Shown: in pieces, positions 16,191-24,966 of the stretch
How the letters are laid out: each line of letters opens with the position of its first letter
How positions within the stretch are numbered: position 1 is the stretch's first letter
Virus record (IMG/VR): IMGVR_UViG_3300037601_000136
Location: 1 to 25,646 of that record
Strand: one strand, 5' to 3'
DNA: 25,646 nucleotides
DNA from: a virus
Taxonomy: Duplodnaviria > Caudoviricetes
Made by a program: the position numbers and the translations under genes
Notes under the pieces: model-generated
Told to the model about the DNA's origin: nothing
Seen by the model: the letters and a program-made list of their open reading frames with translations, nothing else
The model's database searches: none

Positions 16191-17516
16191 ATGAAGGGAC
16201 TTTTGAGCCTCCTAGCAGGGGCAGCCGACCAATTTGACTTCATTCCGGGTTTTGACCCTCGGAAAGACCAAAAGGGGCTGCTTTCAGCGCTCCTGACAGG
16301 CGGTCAGCAGCCGACCAATCCAAACGGCCTTCCCGGTCCGATGGGGCCGGGTGTCCAGCCACAGCCCAAGCGCAACATTGGTGACATCATGCAAATCATG
16401 TCCCAGCCCGCAGCGCCGGGTGGCGCTATGCCTCAGCAGCGCTTGCAGCCGCCTAATCCGGCTGATTACAAGACCTCGTATAACATTCTCGATGTGTTCA
16501 ACCCGTTCAAGGATACGAACAAGATCGATGCTGATGATGCGTATCGGTACAATTCCGCGATGCAGGAATATACAGCAGCCGAAGCGCTGAAAGCCTCGCA
16601 AGCCGCTGATGCGAAGTTCATGCAGAATGCCCAAGCGGCAGGGTATGACGATCAGGCTATCGCTCGAATGAACATGGCCCGCAATGCCGGTGACACCCCA
16701 TTCGGCAAGCAGTTCTCTGAAGGCTTTGGCTTCAACAAGGTTGGAGAGGGTGACCTGTATTCGAGTTTTGGCGGAGAATTGCAGAAGAACGCTCGCACGC
16801 ACACTCCGACTGACCCGGCCAAGTTGAAGATTGACCAACAAGTAGCGGATGCACGCACATTAAGCGCAGAGGCAGCGATGCACTCAGCGAAGAATCCGCG
16901 AGGCCCACTGGTGACAATCGGCGCGGATGAAAAGCCGTCAGTATTCGAAGAGGCCGTAGATCGCGCAGCCGCCGAGTCCTACATTGAGTGGACGCAGGGC
17001 GGTGGCTCAGATGCGGTTAAACAGCTTAGCCAAGTTGGAGAGGTTCTTGATCGCTTGAAGGCGGGCGAAGATCTTACGGGCCCGCTTTTGGGGCTTGTGC
17101 CAACGGAAATGCGTGCTCTGTTCAATCAGGGTAGCGTGGACGCGCAGCAGCTCATCGAAGAGGTGGTTCAGCGCAACTTGAGGCTCATTCTGGGCGCTCA
17201 GTTTACCGAGAAAGAAGGCCTGATGCTGATCAGGCGCGCGTATAACCCGCAGCTAGATGAATCTGTGAACGCAAAGCGCCTCGCGCGCCTCTTCCGTCAG
17301 ATGGAAACAGCAGCCCGTCAGAAGCAAGCCCAGATGGATTATCTGGAGCAAAATCGGACTTTACGCGGGTATCAGGGCGCAACGCCCGCGATGGCCGATT
17401 TCTTCAGCGCACTAGACGAAATGGACGCTGGTGCGAACTCGCCCGATTGGACCCCGGACAAAGAGCGCAGGCTGCAAGAACTGCGGGCAAAACAAGCGGC
17501 GGGAGCGCTTCAATAG
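16191..17516 (+). CDS. DNA ejection / internal virion protein 2
   Basis: Synteny. Helical C-terminal domain LR.ILGAQFTEKEG..L..R.YNP.L....N..RL. Confidence 0.7.
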   Translation: MKGLLSLLAGAADQFDFIPGFDPRKDQKGLLSALLTGGQQPTNPNGLPGPMGPGVQPQPKRNIGDIMQIMSQPAAPGGAMPQQRLQPPNPADYKTSYNILDVFNPFKDTNKIDADDAYRYNSAMQEYTAAEALKASQAADAKFMQNAQAAGYDDQAIARMNMARNAGDTPFGKQFSEGFGFNKVGEGDLYSSFGGELQKNARTHTPTDPAKLKIDQQVADARTLSAEAAMHSAKNPRGPLVTIGADEKPSVFEEAVDRAAAESYIEWTQGGGSDAVKQLSQVGEVLDRLKAGEDLTGPLLGLVPTEMRALFNQGSVDAQQLIEEVVQRNLRLILGAQFTEKEGLMLIRRAYNPQLDESVNAKRLARLFRQMETAARQKQAQMDYLEQNRTLRGYQGATPAMADFFSALDEMDAGANSPDWTPDKERRLQELRAKQAAGALQ

Positions 17517-20309
17517 ATGGCTGGTGGATTGACTGAAGCCGAAGAGCTTGAGCTTCTGGAGCTTGAGAGAGAGCAATCCATGCTCTCAGCTCCTAACGTG
17601 CAGCCGCAGATGGAGCAGGCTCTCGGAGAGCGCGCGGAGCGCTTAAACCGTGGTCGAACATTTCCATCCTGGATGAAGGGTGCGCCTCAGCCACTTTCCC
17701 CAGAAAACGCAAAGAACCTTGCTGCGGAAGAGCTGGGTGTTCAGGACGCGCTGACGCTTCGTTTTGGTGACGAGATTCAAGGCCTGTACGATCCAGAAGG
17801 CGGCAAGCAGCGCAGTGACATGATCAACTATGCACAGGAAACTCGCCCTGAGCATTTCCAGCGCGGCGAGATTGCGGGCACCGTTGGCAACGTAGTCGCA
17901 ACATCGCCGTTTGTTCTGCCTCGCGCCCTCAATGTTGCGAGCAAGCTGCCCATGGTTGGCCCCGTTGCAAAAACCGCAATCGGTGGCGCGCTAAGCGGGC
18001 TCACATGGGATACGCTTGATCAGATGGGCGCTGGCGAAGGCAATGCAGTCGAGCGCTTCAAGAACATCGATACTGACAGATCAAAGATTGCAGGCGGTGC
18101 GGGTGCGGTATTGGGCGGCACGCTTGGCGCGCTGTCGCGTCCGCTGAACAATAAGCAGCAGCAGGTCTCAACTGTCCTTGACGGGGTTCTTGACGAGGGA
18201 GCGGTTACCCCCGATGGGCTTCGCACGTTTGATCGTTTCCTCCGGGACAACGGACTCACCCTTAACGACATACCTCGGGACCGGATTAACGAGCTTATTG
18301 AGAGTGCTAATAACCTCGGCTCGGACGCGCTGTCTCTCCCTATCCGGCTCAAGGACGTACTTGTCGAAGAGTTTGAAGGGCTGCGTAATCCAATTCAGCG
18401 CCAGCTTCGCGGCACGAGCGGGAGCGGTGATCAGGGCGCGGATATAATTCATAAGGCGATTGATGAAGACCTCCCCGAAGCCCGTAACTACCTGAAAGGC
18501 AGCCTTGAAAACACGCTGGGCGATCAATCACGCCTTAGCGCTATGGATGACATTCAAGGAAGACTAACAGAAATCGGGCGAGAAGGCTATGAACCGCTTC
18601 TGAGAAGCAAGCTGACGCCCGAGGGCGAGGCTGCGCTCGCACAGGTTCTTGAAGGCCCAGGCATGAACAAGCTCTATGAGCCGCTGCGCACGGTCGCAGC
18701 CGGCGAGGGGCTTGATCTCGACCGAATGCTTCAGGATCGCCCGTTGGAGGCAGCTCACTGGATGCAGAGCAAGGCTCGCCAGCTTGCGGATCGCTCTAGC
18801 GATGCGGTTGTTTCCAATGCAATGGGAAGTCTACGCAACCGCCTATTGTCGGGCTTGAACGAGGCGACAGGCGGTCAATACGATGTGGTTCGCCGTCAGT
18901 ATGGTGACGAGTTCGGAAATCTTCAGGCGCTTGAGTTTGGTGATCGCTTCCTGACGCGTGCCAACAAGGATCTGGATGTTGATTTGATGGCCCGTGAATA
19001 TGCGGAGCTGTCCCCATCTCAGAAGGAAGCGGCACTGCTTTCTGTTCGTGACGCAATTCAATCGTCTACGGGTCGCGGAAGAGCAACGGCTGGTCCGCGT
19101 TTGACCAAAGTGCGCGAAGAGCAGGTTCTGACCGCCTTGCCGAAAGTGTTCGGTGAGGACGGCGACAAGATCACTGACCTGATCCAGCAGACAGACGATT
19201 TTGTATCGTCCCGCAGGGCTATTGATACTCGCTCAGGCTCGCAGACTGCGCCACTCGGTGAAGACATCGAGTTCGCTCAAAATACAGCTATTCGGCCACT
19301 CCGCCGCAAGGTCGGCAATTTAGTGCGGGATGCGGCTACAGACATTGGCGTATCCACGGCATTCGGAAATGCTGTGCCGTTCAGGCTTCTCCGTTCGGGT
19401 GGCAAGAGTTTGGGTGACTTCATTGGTGGAGACCCGAACCGCAAAATGAACGAGCTGGCGAAGCTGCTCGAAGCCCGAATTGACACCGCGAAGGCAGCAC
19501 AAGCCGCATCAATGCCCCCTGGCAGCGCTGCGCCATCCTCGGGCAATGCAGCGGGCCTTCCGAATGACATCACCCCGGAAGTCACCCCCACAGCAGCCGT
19601 AGCAGCTTCACGGGGTGAGCGTGCAGGCGAACGCGGCATGATCAACATCGACGGCAAGCCTATGCGCCGCAAGGATGCACTAAAGCAGGTCTCTGGTGAT
19701 CAGTTCCCACCCGCACCCGGATCAGCTGCCCCGCGTCCACGCGTCACGCCACAAGCCGCTGTAGAGGCTTCTGGATCGGGTATCATGGACAGTCCTTTGC
19801 CTTATATCGCAGCAGGTAGTGGCGCAGGTATCGCTGGCATGGTCGCCTATGACCAGATGAGCCAGCCTCCTGTCGCTGGTGGACCTGCTCCCGGTCCTAA
19901 TCCATTCCTGTCGTCTGTGATGGGCGGAGCCGAAGCGGCTCAGCAGGCAGCGCAGCAGCGTCAGGCCGATGGCTTCCCACCTCCGCCGCGCCTGAAGCCT
20001 GATCTGGCCCCTGTTCAGAAGGCGGGTACTGAGAGCGCTAATCAGGACGCCAAGTCGGCTGAGAGTGCGCGTCGTCATGAGTACTATCGCCAGCTCAGCG
20101 GGCCTGAATCAGTTCTCTGGAACCAGATCCATCAACAGCGTGCGGGCGAGTTGAAAGTCACGCCAGAGGATCGTCAACGCGGTGTCTCTCGTAAGCGGCT
20201 TAGATACGGATACGAGATCCCCGTTGAGAGCCTGTCAGACGCACCAGTAGAAGAACTAATTGGCGGTAAGTGGGTATTAGCAGAAGCTGCCCCCGCAGGC
20301 GCGCGATAA
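17517..20309 (+). CDS. Large DNA ejection / internal virion protein 3
   Basis: 930 aa. LT.RFGDEI motif, glycine-rich hydrophobic stretches (GGAGAVLGGTLG), GSQTA motif; last gene of the triad. Confidence 0.72.
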   Translation: MAGGLTEAEELELLELEREQSMLSAPNVQPQMEQALGERAERLNRGRTFPSWMKGAPQPLSPENAKNLAAEELGVQDALTLRFGDEIQGLYDPEGGKQRSDMINYAQETRPEHFQRGEIAGTVGNVVATSPFVLPRALNVASKLPMVGPVAKTAIGGALSGLTWDTLDQMGAGEGNAVERFKNIDTDRSKIAGGAGAVLGGTLGALSRPLNNKQQQVSTVLDGVLDEGAVTPDGLRTFDRFLRDNGLTLNDIPRDRINELIESANNLGSDALSLPIRLKDVLVEEFEGLRNPIQRQLRGTSGSGDQGADIIHKAIDEDLPEARNYLKGSLENTLGDQSRLSAMDDIQGRLTEIGREGYEPLLRSKLTPEGEAALAQVLEGPGMNKLYEPLRTVAAGEGLDLDRMLQDRPLEAAHWMQSKARQLADRSSDAVVSNAMGSLRNRLLSGLNEATGGQYDVVRRQYGDEFGNLQALEFGDRFLTRANKDLDVDLMAREYAELSPSQKEAALLSVRDAIQSSTGRGRATAGPRLTKVREEQVLTALPKVFGEDGDKITDLIQQTDDFVSSRRAIDTRSGSQTAPLGEDIEFAQNTAIRPLRRKVGNLVRDAATDIGVSTAFGNAVPFRLLRSGGKSLGDFIGGDPNRKMNELAKLLEARIDTAKAAQAASMPPGSAAPSSGNAAGLPNDITPEVTPTAAVAASRGERAGERGMINIDGKPMRRKDALKQVSGDQFPPAPGSAAPRPRVTPQAAVEASGSGIMDSPLPYIAAGSGAGIAGMVAYDQMSQPPVAGGPAPGPNPFLSSVMGGAEAAQQAAQQRQADGFPPPPRLKPDLAPVQKAGTESANQDAKSAESARRHEYYRQLSGPESVLWNQIHQQRAGELKVTPEDRQRGVSRKRLRYGYEIPVESLSDAPVEELIGGKWVLAEAAPAGAR

Positions 20310-20391
20310 TCGACAGGATGATGAACGTCGGGACGTAACATATCGCCAGATACATCGCCCAGTCCTGTATGGCCCACCAAATCTCGGTCAT
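20200..20391 (-). CDS. Putative small antisense membrane protein, probably leaderless
   Basis: 63-aa hydrophobic ORF (WWAIQDWAMYLAICYVPTFIILSII) filling the 20310-20408 gap. An extended -10 TGTTAAGAT lies 6 nt before the ATG. Confidence 0.45.
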   Translation of the reverse strand: MTEIWWAIQDWAMYLAICYVPTFIILSIIARLRGQLLLIPTYRQLVLLLVRLTGSQRGSRIRI

Positions 20392-20408
20392 CCGAGAATC
20401 TTAACACA

Positions 20409-20885
20409 ATGAGGCTTCCCATGGAAGAACGACTAAACGACATAAGAGTTCGCTGTCGATTAAATATCCTGCGCCTTTATCCCTCACACAGGCAGGCGCA
20501 GTTGAACCATCGCGAAGACTTCAACGCATGGAAGACAGCTAACGTCGAGCACAAGGCTTTCCTTGAACAGCATCCAGACGAAGACATCGATGAAGGCTGG
20601 CCCTGCCCACACGCATGGAAAGCCCGAACAGACAAGGTAGAGGCGGTCATTGACGAGCTGGAAGAGGTGAAGGCCAAGATCGATGACACCAAGCCTCCAG
20701 AAGAGCTAGCAGGCTTCTTTGACGGCAAGCCACACGGCATTGCAGCGGCTGACATGCTCAGAGAGCTAAACGACCTGACCAATCTCGTGCAGATGAAGCT
20801 TGCCACGGACGAGCAGCGCGAAAAGCAGAGAATCCTATCCCGTCACGCGCCTTACCTGCGCTCTAAGGCGGTGGATCTGGTCTGA
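20409..20885 (+). CDS. Hypothetical protein with weak tail-fibre-assembly-chaperone-like motifs
   Basis: 158-aa ORF (alternative start 20421 with GAGG RBS). DIDEGWP and ATDEQ motifs; TGATG coupling to the next gene. Confidence 0.6.
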   Translation: MRLPMEERLNDIRVRCRLNILRLYPSHRQAQLNHREDFNAWKTANVEHKAFLEQHPDEDIDEGWPCPHAWKARTDKVEAVIDELEEVKAKIDDTKPPEELAGFFDGKPHGIAAADMLRELNDLTNLVQMKLATDEQREKQRILSRHAPYLRSKAVDLV

Positions 20886-21427
20886 TGCCGGATACGGGGG
20901 ATTTGAGCGGTCTGCGGGACCGTCTGACCAAGCTCGAATTTGAGTCATCCCAGCGTCCTACCAAAGAGTTCGTTCAGAACGCTGCGGACAAGATGCTGGA
21001 GCGGGCTGCTGCCAATGACAAAGAGCGAAACGATAACCTCCTGAAGCTCATTGACGAGCGCTTGGGGTCTAACCGCTCTGCCATCCTGACAGACCTTGCA
21101 AAGGACCATCAGGAGTTTCGAGAAGAGGTGCGCCAAATGCTCAAGGACGTTGTGAAGGAAGAGGTGCCAGATGCCGTTCGTGCAGAGGTTCGCGCTATTA
21201 AGGCTGAGGAAGAGCTTGCGAGACAAAAAGCGCAAGCAGCTGAAGAGGCAGCAGCAGCAGAGCGCGAAAAGAAATGGCTCAAAATCAAGCTCAGGCTCAC
21301 CACGCTAGGTGCGGTGGTTATCCTGATCACGTCCATCGTAACGCTGTACTTCGCGTTCCAGGGCGAAACAGAGCCGAGAGAAGTTCACCAGCTGAATAAG
21401 GTAGGTGACGCAGTTTCAGGCCTATAG
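20885..21427 (+). CDS. Coiled-coil protein with a single C-terminal transmembrane helix (possible lysis/holin-like)
   Basis: RLTKLE N-terminus, long charged helix, KKWLKIKLR followed by LGAVVILITSIVTLYFAF. Confidence 0.7.
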   Translation: MPDTGDLSGLRDRLTKLEFESSQRPTKEFVQNAADKMLERAAANDKERNDNLLKLIDERLGSNRSAILTDLAKDHQEFREEVRQMLKDVVKEEVPDAVRAEVRAIKAEEELARQKAQAAEEAAAAEREKKWLKIKLRLTTLGAVVILITSIVTLYFAFQGETEPREVHQLNKVGDAVSGL

Positions 21428-21435
21428 GGGGCTTC

Positions 21436-22848
21436 ATGAATACCATTGCCACATTCGGTTGGCCGCATTGGCTTGCGGTCGCCCTTCTGACCATACCGAT
21501 TTTTGTAGCCATTCGAACTGCAAAAGGCCTGCCTTTGCTGCCCGATAACGTGGATTGGAGTAAGGCATGGAACCACGGCGGCTCAATGTTTGCGACCTTC
21601 TGGATCGTAATCGCTTTGTATGCGCTCGGCGCTTATCTCGTCTGGGCATTCCTTCAACTTGACGCACAGTTCAGCCGGCCGCTCGCAGGTGGTGTTATCC
21701 CGGCAAATGTCACTCAGCAGATTGCGTGGGGCATTCGGGCATTCAGCGTCATTGCAGGGTCTCTTGCGATCTATTTTGCGGCTCACAAGATGCGGGGCTG
21801 GTCACGCTGGTTTAGCGGCCTGACCGTGTTTGCAGCCATTCTGCTGCTGGTCCATGCGTTCGGCGTATCCGCCAAGATTATGCAGAAGCAGTACACCGCT
21901 GTCAGCTCTATTTCTGAGGTGGCGTCTGTAGATGTAGGATCGATCGATGAGGAGCTTGCAGACCTCATTTCTGAACGTGATGCACTGCCAGCTCTGACAC
22001 AGACCACGATAGACACCTATCAGCGCTCGATTGACAGCATCACCAATGACGGTCTCGATAATGATGATCAGGCTGTCTTGCTCGCTGAGAAGCAGGCACA
22101 GGCGGTTGTGGATCGCGATGCAAGGCTAGGTGAGATCCGCTCCCGTATGCAGGAGCTACGCTCAGAGAAGCGCGGTGTGCAGACGGCAGAGGTTCAGGAG
22201 AACGCAGTCAGCTCAAGCTTCAATGACCTGTTTATCTTTGGAGCTCGGTTCTCGACCAACACCTTGAACCCCGCAGAAGACCCGCCTGACACGCACAAAT
22301 TCATTTGGGGCGTTGCGTTCTTCACCTTCTGGTTTGGCTTTGGCGAAATCCTGATGATGGCGAGCTTCACGGGCGGCTATGCTGTCTTGAAGCTGCGCAG
22401 TGTTCAGCAGATGGAAGAGGGCAAAGACCCTGTCCGTGTCGAGGCTGGCAAGAAAGCAGCCAAAACCCGCAATCGGCGCAACCGTCAAACAAAGAAGATC
22501 ACGCTGACCCACAAGTCTTACTTGTCAGCTGTTGAAGCCGCCAAAAAGAAGATGATCAAGAACCCTCGCTATCTCCCGTCATCCATTGCCCGAGAGAACT
22601 TCAAGGTCAGTGAGGCGCGCATGGAAGAGATCCTGAAAACGATGGTGAAGCACGGCCTGATTCCGCAGGAAGATATGGACCTGCTGCTGCGCACGTTCCC
22701 GGTCGTGACGGAAGAGCAAGCGAACGAGATGCGCCGCAATTCAATCGACGTGATTGATCCAGACCCAACCGTGATGAACGGCTCAGCTCAAATCGATGGA
22801 GAGTCAGACGATGTTGACCACGACAGCGACCGCGCCGCTGCTGATTAA
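21436..22848 (+). CDS. Multi-pass membrane protein with a coiled-coil loop and C-terminal basic / winged-helix-like domain
   Basis: About four N-terminal hydrophobic helices, a coiled coil (aa ~150-255), another TM (IWGVAFFTFWFGFG), a K/R-rich patch, and SSIARENFKVSEARMEEILKTMVKHGLI. Confidence 0.75.
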   Translation: MNTIATFGWPHWLAVALLTIPIFVAIRTAKGLPLLPDNVDWSKAWNHGGSMFATFWIVIALYALGAYLVWAFLQLDAQFSRPLAGGVIPANVTQQIAWGIRAFSVIAGSLAIYFAAHKMRGWSRWFSGLTVFAAILLLVHAFGVSAKIMQKQYTAVSSISEVASVDVGSIDEELADLISERDALPALTQTTIDTYQRSIDSITNDGLDNDDQAVLLAEKQAQAVVDRDARLGEIRSRMQELRSEKRGVQTAEVQENAVSSSFNDLFIFGARFSTNTLNPAEDPPDTHKFIWGVAFFTFWFGFGEILMMASFTGGYAVLKLRSVQQMEEGKDPVRVEAGKKAAKTRNRRNRQTKKITLTHKSYLSAVEAAKKKMIKNPRYLPSSIARENFKVSEARMEEILKTMVKHGLIPQEDMDLLLRTFPVVTEEQANEMRRNSIDVIDPDPTVMNGSAQIDGESDDVDHDSDRAAAD

Positions 22849-23863
22849 GGCGTTTGAGGGTTTCCGCTCTCAGACCTACTTTGACAGCGCAGGCGTGCCG
22901 ACGATTGGATTCGGCGTCACTACCTACAGTAACGGTGATCCTGTCATGCCGGGTGATGAAATCACCGAAGACGAGGCAGAGGCGGAGCTGTTCCATCACA
23001 TCCGTAACGAAGTAGAGCCGGTGATGAACCTGCACTTCGAGAACTTGCCACTCCAGCCGAACCAGCGGGATGCTCTTGCAAGCTTCCTCTACAATCTCGG
23101 CGGTGACTCAAATAAGTGGCCAAGCCTGAAAAAGGCCATCGAAAAGGGAAAATCAGACGCCAAAATCGCTGATCAGTGGATGCGATATACGAGGGCCGGC
23201 GGTAAGGTGGTTCTCGGCCTCCACAGACGCCGTTTGGCAGAAGTGTTAGTTTGGCTCGGAATCCCGTGGCAGCGCGCTGTAGACCTGTCCCAGGAGGCAG
23301 GTTTGGATGACGGCTGGCGAGATTTTGCACCAGAGCGGGTTTCTGAGCCGCAAATCGACTCTGAACTGTTCGAAGAGGGGCCAATCACAGACCCGACCCC
23401 CGATACGCCTCTTACCACAAAAGACCTTAACATCATGCAGGCTGAATCGCTCAAGACAGGCCGCAAGATGTCCTTTGAGCCGATCATGCCGGTTGGAACC
23501 AAACCGCTGTCCATCAATACGAAGATGGCTGCTGACGTGCCCTATGGCATCGATCCAGATGCTGGCCTTCAGCCCAAGGAGGAAGCTGAGCGAGTCAGGC
23601 GCTACACCAAAAAAATCCAAGGTGTTGAGATGAAGCAAGTGGGCCAAGGGCTCACAGTCACCACCGGCGTAATCGCGGGAGCGAACGAACTGGCTGGCGA
23701 AACCACAACTCTCTTCGACAAGCTCGGTGTGGTTGGTGTCACTCTGATGTCCCTCGCATTCGGTGTTGGCATCCTCTATTGGGTCGTCGGTTTCATCCGC
23801 GAGAAGTGGAACGCCCGCAAAGAGGTGGAAGCTGAAATCAACGCTACTCAGGGGATCTACTGA
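22796..23863 (+). CDS. Endolysin, GH24 (T4-like lysozyme) with a long C-terminal extension and membrane anchor
   Basis: LIKAFEGFRS.TY.DSAGVPTIGFG (E-x8-D-x5-T triad), NQRDALASFLYNLG and GGKV..GL.RRR.AE. Likely start ATG 22811 (GGAGAG RBS). Confidence 0.92.
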   Translation: MESQTMLTTTATAPLLIKAFEGFRSQTYFDSAGVPTIGFGVTTYSNGDPVMPGDEITEDEAEAELFHHIRNEVEPVMNLHFENLPLQPNQRDALASFLYNLGGDSNKWPSLKKAIEKGKSDAKIADQWMRYTRAGGKVVLGLHRRRLAEVLVWLGIPWQRAVDLSQEAGLDDGWRDFAPERVSEPQIDSELFEEGPITDPTPDTPLTTKDLNIMQAESLKTGRKMSFEPIMPVGTKPLSINTKMAADVPYGIDPDAGLQPKEEAERVRRYTKKIQGVEMKQVGQGLTVTTGVIAGANELAGETTTLFDKLGVVGVTLMSLAFGVGILYWVVGFIREKWNARKEVEAEINATQGIY

Positions 23864-24180
23864 TGCCCTTTGCAGGCTTCTTTTCAAACAACCCGCTGTT
23901 TGCGTGGGGGCTGCTCGTCCTGACAGTCCTAGGCGTCATCAAGGGCAAGGAAGAACTCGATAAGGCGCAAGGCCGTCGAGACGCAGAACGGCGCGCAGAG
24001 ATCCGAGCCCGCAGAGTACAGACAGAGATCAGAAAGAGAAACGATGAGAGACTGGAAAAAGCTGAGCGTACCCGTGCTGATTTTCGCGCTGGTGCCGTTT
24101 CTGATTTTGGCGGGCTGTCAGACGACGCCATCCGCAGGCTCACCCGAGGTTCTGACGGAGATAGTGACGGAACAGGATGA
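23863..24180 (+). CDS. Inner-membrane spanin (Rz-like)
   Basis: N-terminal TM followed by a charged helical domain. Coupled to the endolysin stop; overlapped by a lipoprotein gene. Confidence 0.7.
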   Translation: MPFAGFFSNNPLFAWGLLVLTVLGVIKGKEELDKAQGRRDAERRAEIRARRVQTEIRKRNDERLEKAERTRADFRAGAVSDFGGLSDDAIRRLTRGSDGDSDGTG

Positions 24181-24304
24181 CGCTGCCTGCAAGCACTTCC
24201 AAACGCCCCTGTTCACGCTGGACGAGCTTCGAGCTTTGTCTACGGACGCGCAGCGCGTTCTGGGCGTGTGGGATCAGCTCTGGGTGGATTACGGGTGTGA
24301 ATGA
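24044..24304 (+). CDS. Outer-membrane spanin lipoprotein (Rz1-like)
   Basis: Signal peptide with lipobox LAGC and two further Cys. Starts inside the i-spanin gene in another frame. Confidence 0.75.
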   Translation: MRDWKKLSVPVLIFALVPFLILAGCQTTPSAGSPEVLTEIVTEQDDAACKHFQTPLFTLDELRALSTDAQRVLGVWDQLWVDYGCE

Positions 24305-24474
24305 TGCTGAATGAACAGCGCAAGGAAGCGCTCCTGGAAAACGCCGACAAGCTACACAGCGGCCAGTCCCTCAGCTCACCTCAACTCAAGCGCACCCGCT
24401 TAGGTGTCGTATGGCTTAACCTTGCCGTGCTAGGTGCTGTGGTATTGGTTTTCATAGGAGTGACTGGTGGGTAG
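24301..24474 (+). CDS. Small membrane protein (57 aa, not in the ORF track)
   Basis: ATGA overlap with the o-spanin stop. Reads MMLNEQRKEALLENADKLHSGQSLSSPQLKRTRLGVVWLNLAVLGAVVLVFIGVTGG, with one C-terminal TM. Confidence 0.6.
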   Translation: MMLNEQRKEALLENADKLHSGQSLSSPQLKRTRLGVVWLNLAVLGAVVLVFIGVTGG

Positions 24475-24829
24475 ATCGCACCGTATGGTCAACGGAACCT
24501 GGATCATCAACACGCTTACTACGATAGTCGTGCTGATCGGTGGCCCGTTCTTCTACAATCAGGTGAACACCTTCATCCTGAATCACGAGAACATCGAGCG
24601 GGGCAAGATCCTGTCAGCCATGTGCAAGGAACGCCCTTCGTATAGCTACTTTGCTCGCTGCAATGCCCTGCATGACGGCGCAGCCTGCACCCATGAAAGC
24701 CAGTCTGCTTTGCAGATATGGTATGATAATTTCGATCTCGAATGCTCAAAGGACGAACCCGCAAAAACCTTCCGGTTCCCGGTTTATGAGCCTGAGCCAG
24801 AAGAGCACGTTGTCGCCGCAATTCAGTAG
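24467..24829 (+). CDS. Single-TM protein with a four-Cys C-terminal (likely periplasmic) domain
   Basis: GGAG RBS before GTG 24467. TM WIINTLTTIVVLIGGPFFY; four Cys; last gene before the terminator. Confidence 0.65.
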   Translation: MGRSHRMVNGTWIINTLTTIVVLIGGPFFYNQVNTFILNHENIERGKILSAMCKERPSYSYFARCNALHDGAACTHESQSALQIWYDNFDLECSKDEPAKTFRFPVYEPEPEEHVVAAIQ

Positions 24830-24885
24830 TAAAAGAATACAGTCGAACGAGTCGCGTATTGCCCCCACACGGTAGTTCGGCTGGG

Positions 24886-24930
24886 AACCCCGCAGAAGGC
24901 CTATTTATGGGTCACGCTGCGGGGTTTTTT
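24886..24930 (+). terminator. Intrinsic terminator of the late operon
   Basis: AACCCCGCAG 24886-24895 / CTGCGGGGTT 24917-24926 with an inner hairpin, followed by TTTTTTCTT. Confidence 0.75.
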
Positions 24931-24931
24931 C

Positions 24932-24960
24932 TTGTCTCTACGGGGGATATGGGGTAGATT
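24932..24960 (+). promoter_or_regulatory. Putative sigma70 promoter for the tRNA-like RNA
   Basis: TTGTCT (24932-37)-N17-TAGATT (24955-60). Predicted +1 is about 24967. Confidence 0.6.
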
Positions 24961-24966
24961 CTAGGG

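Noticed and set aside
1366-24474. Genome-wide TAG recoding
   Set aside because: TAG ends TerS, scaffold, nozzle and other genes at sensible lengths, with next genes in other frames. Genes are not fragmented under the standard code.
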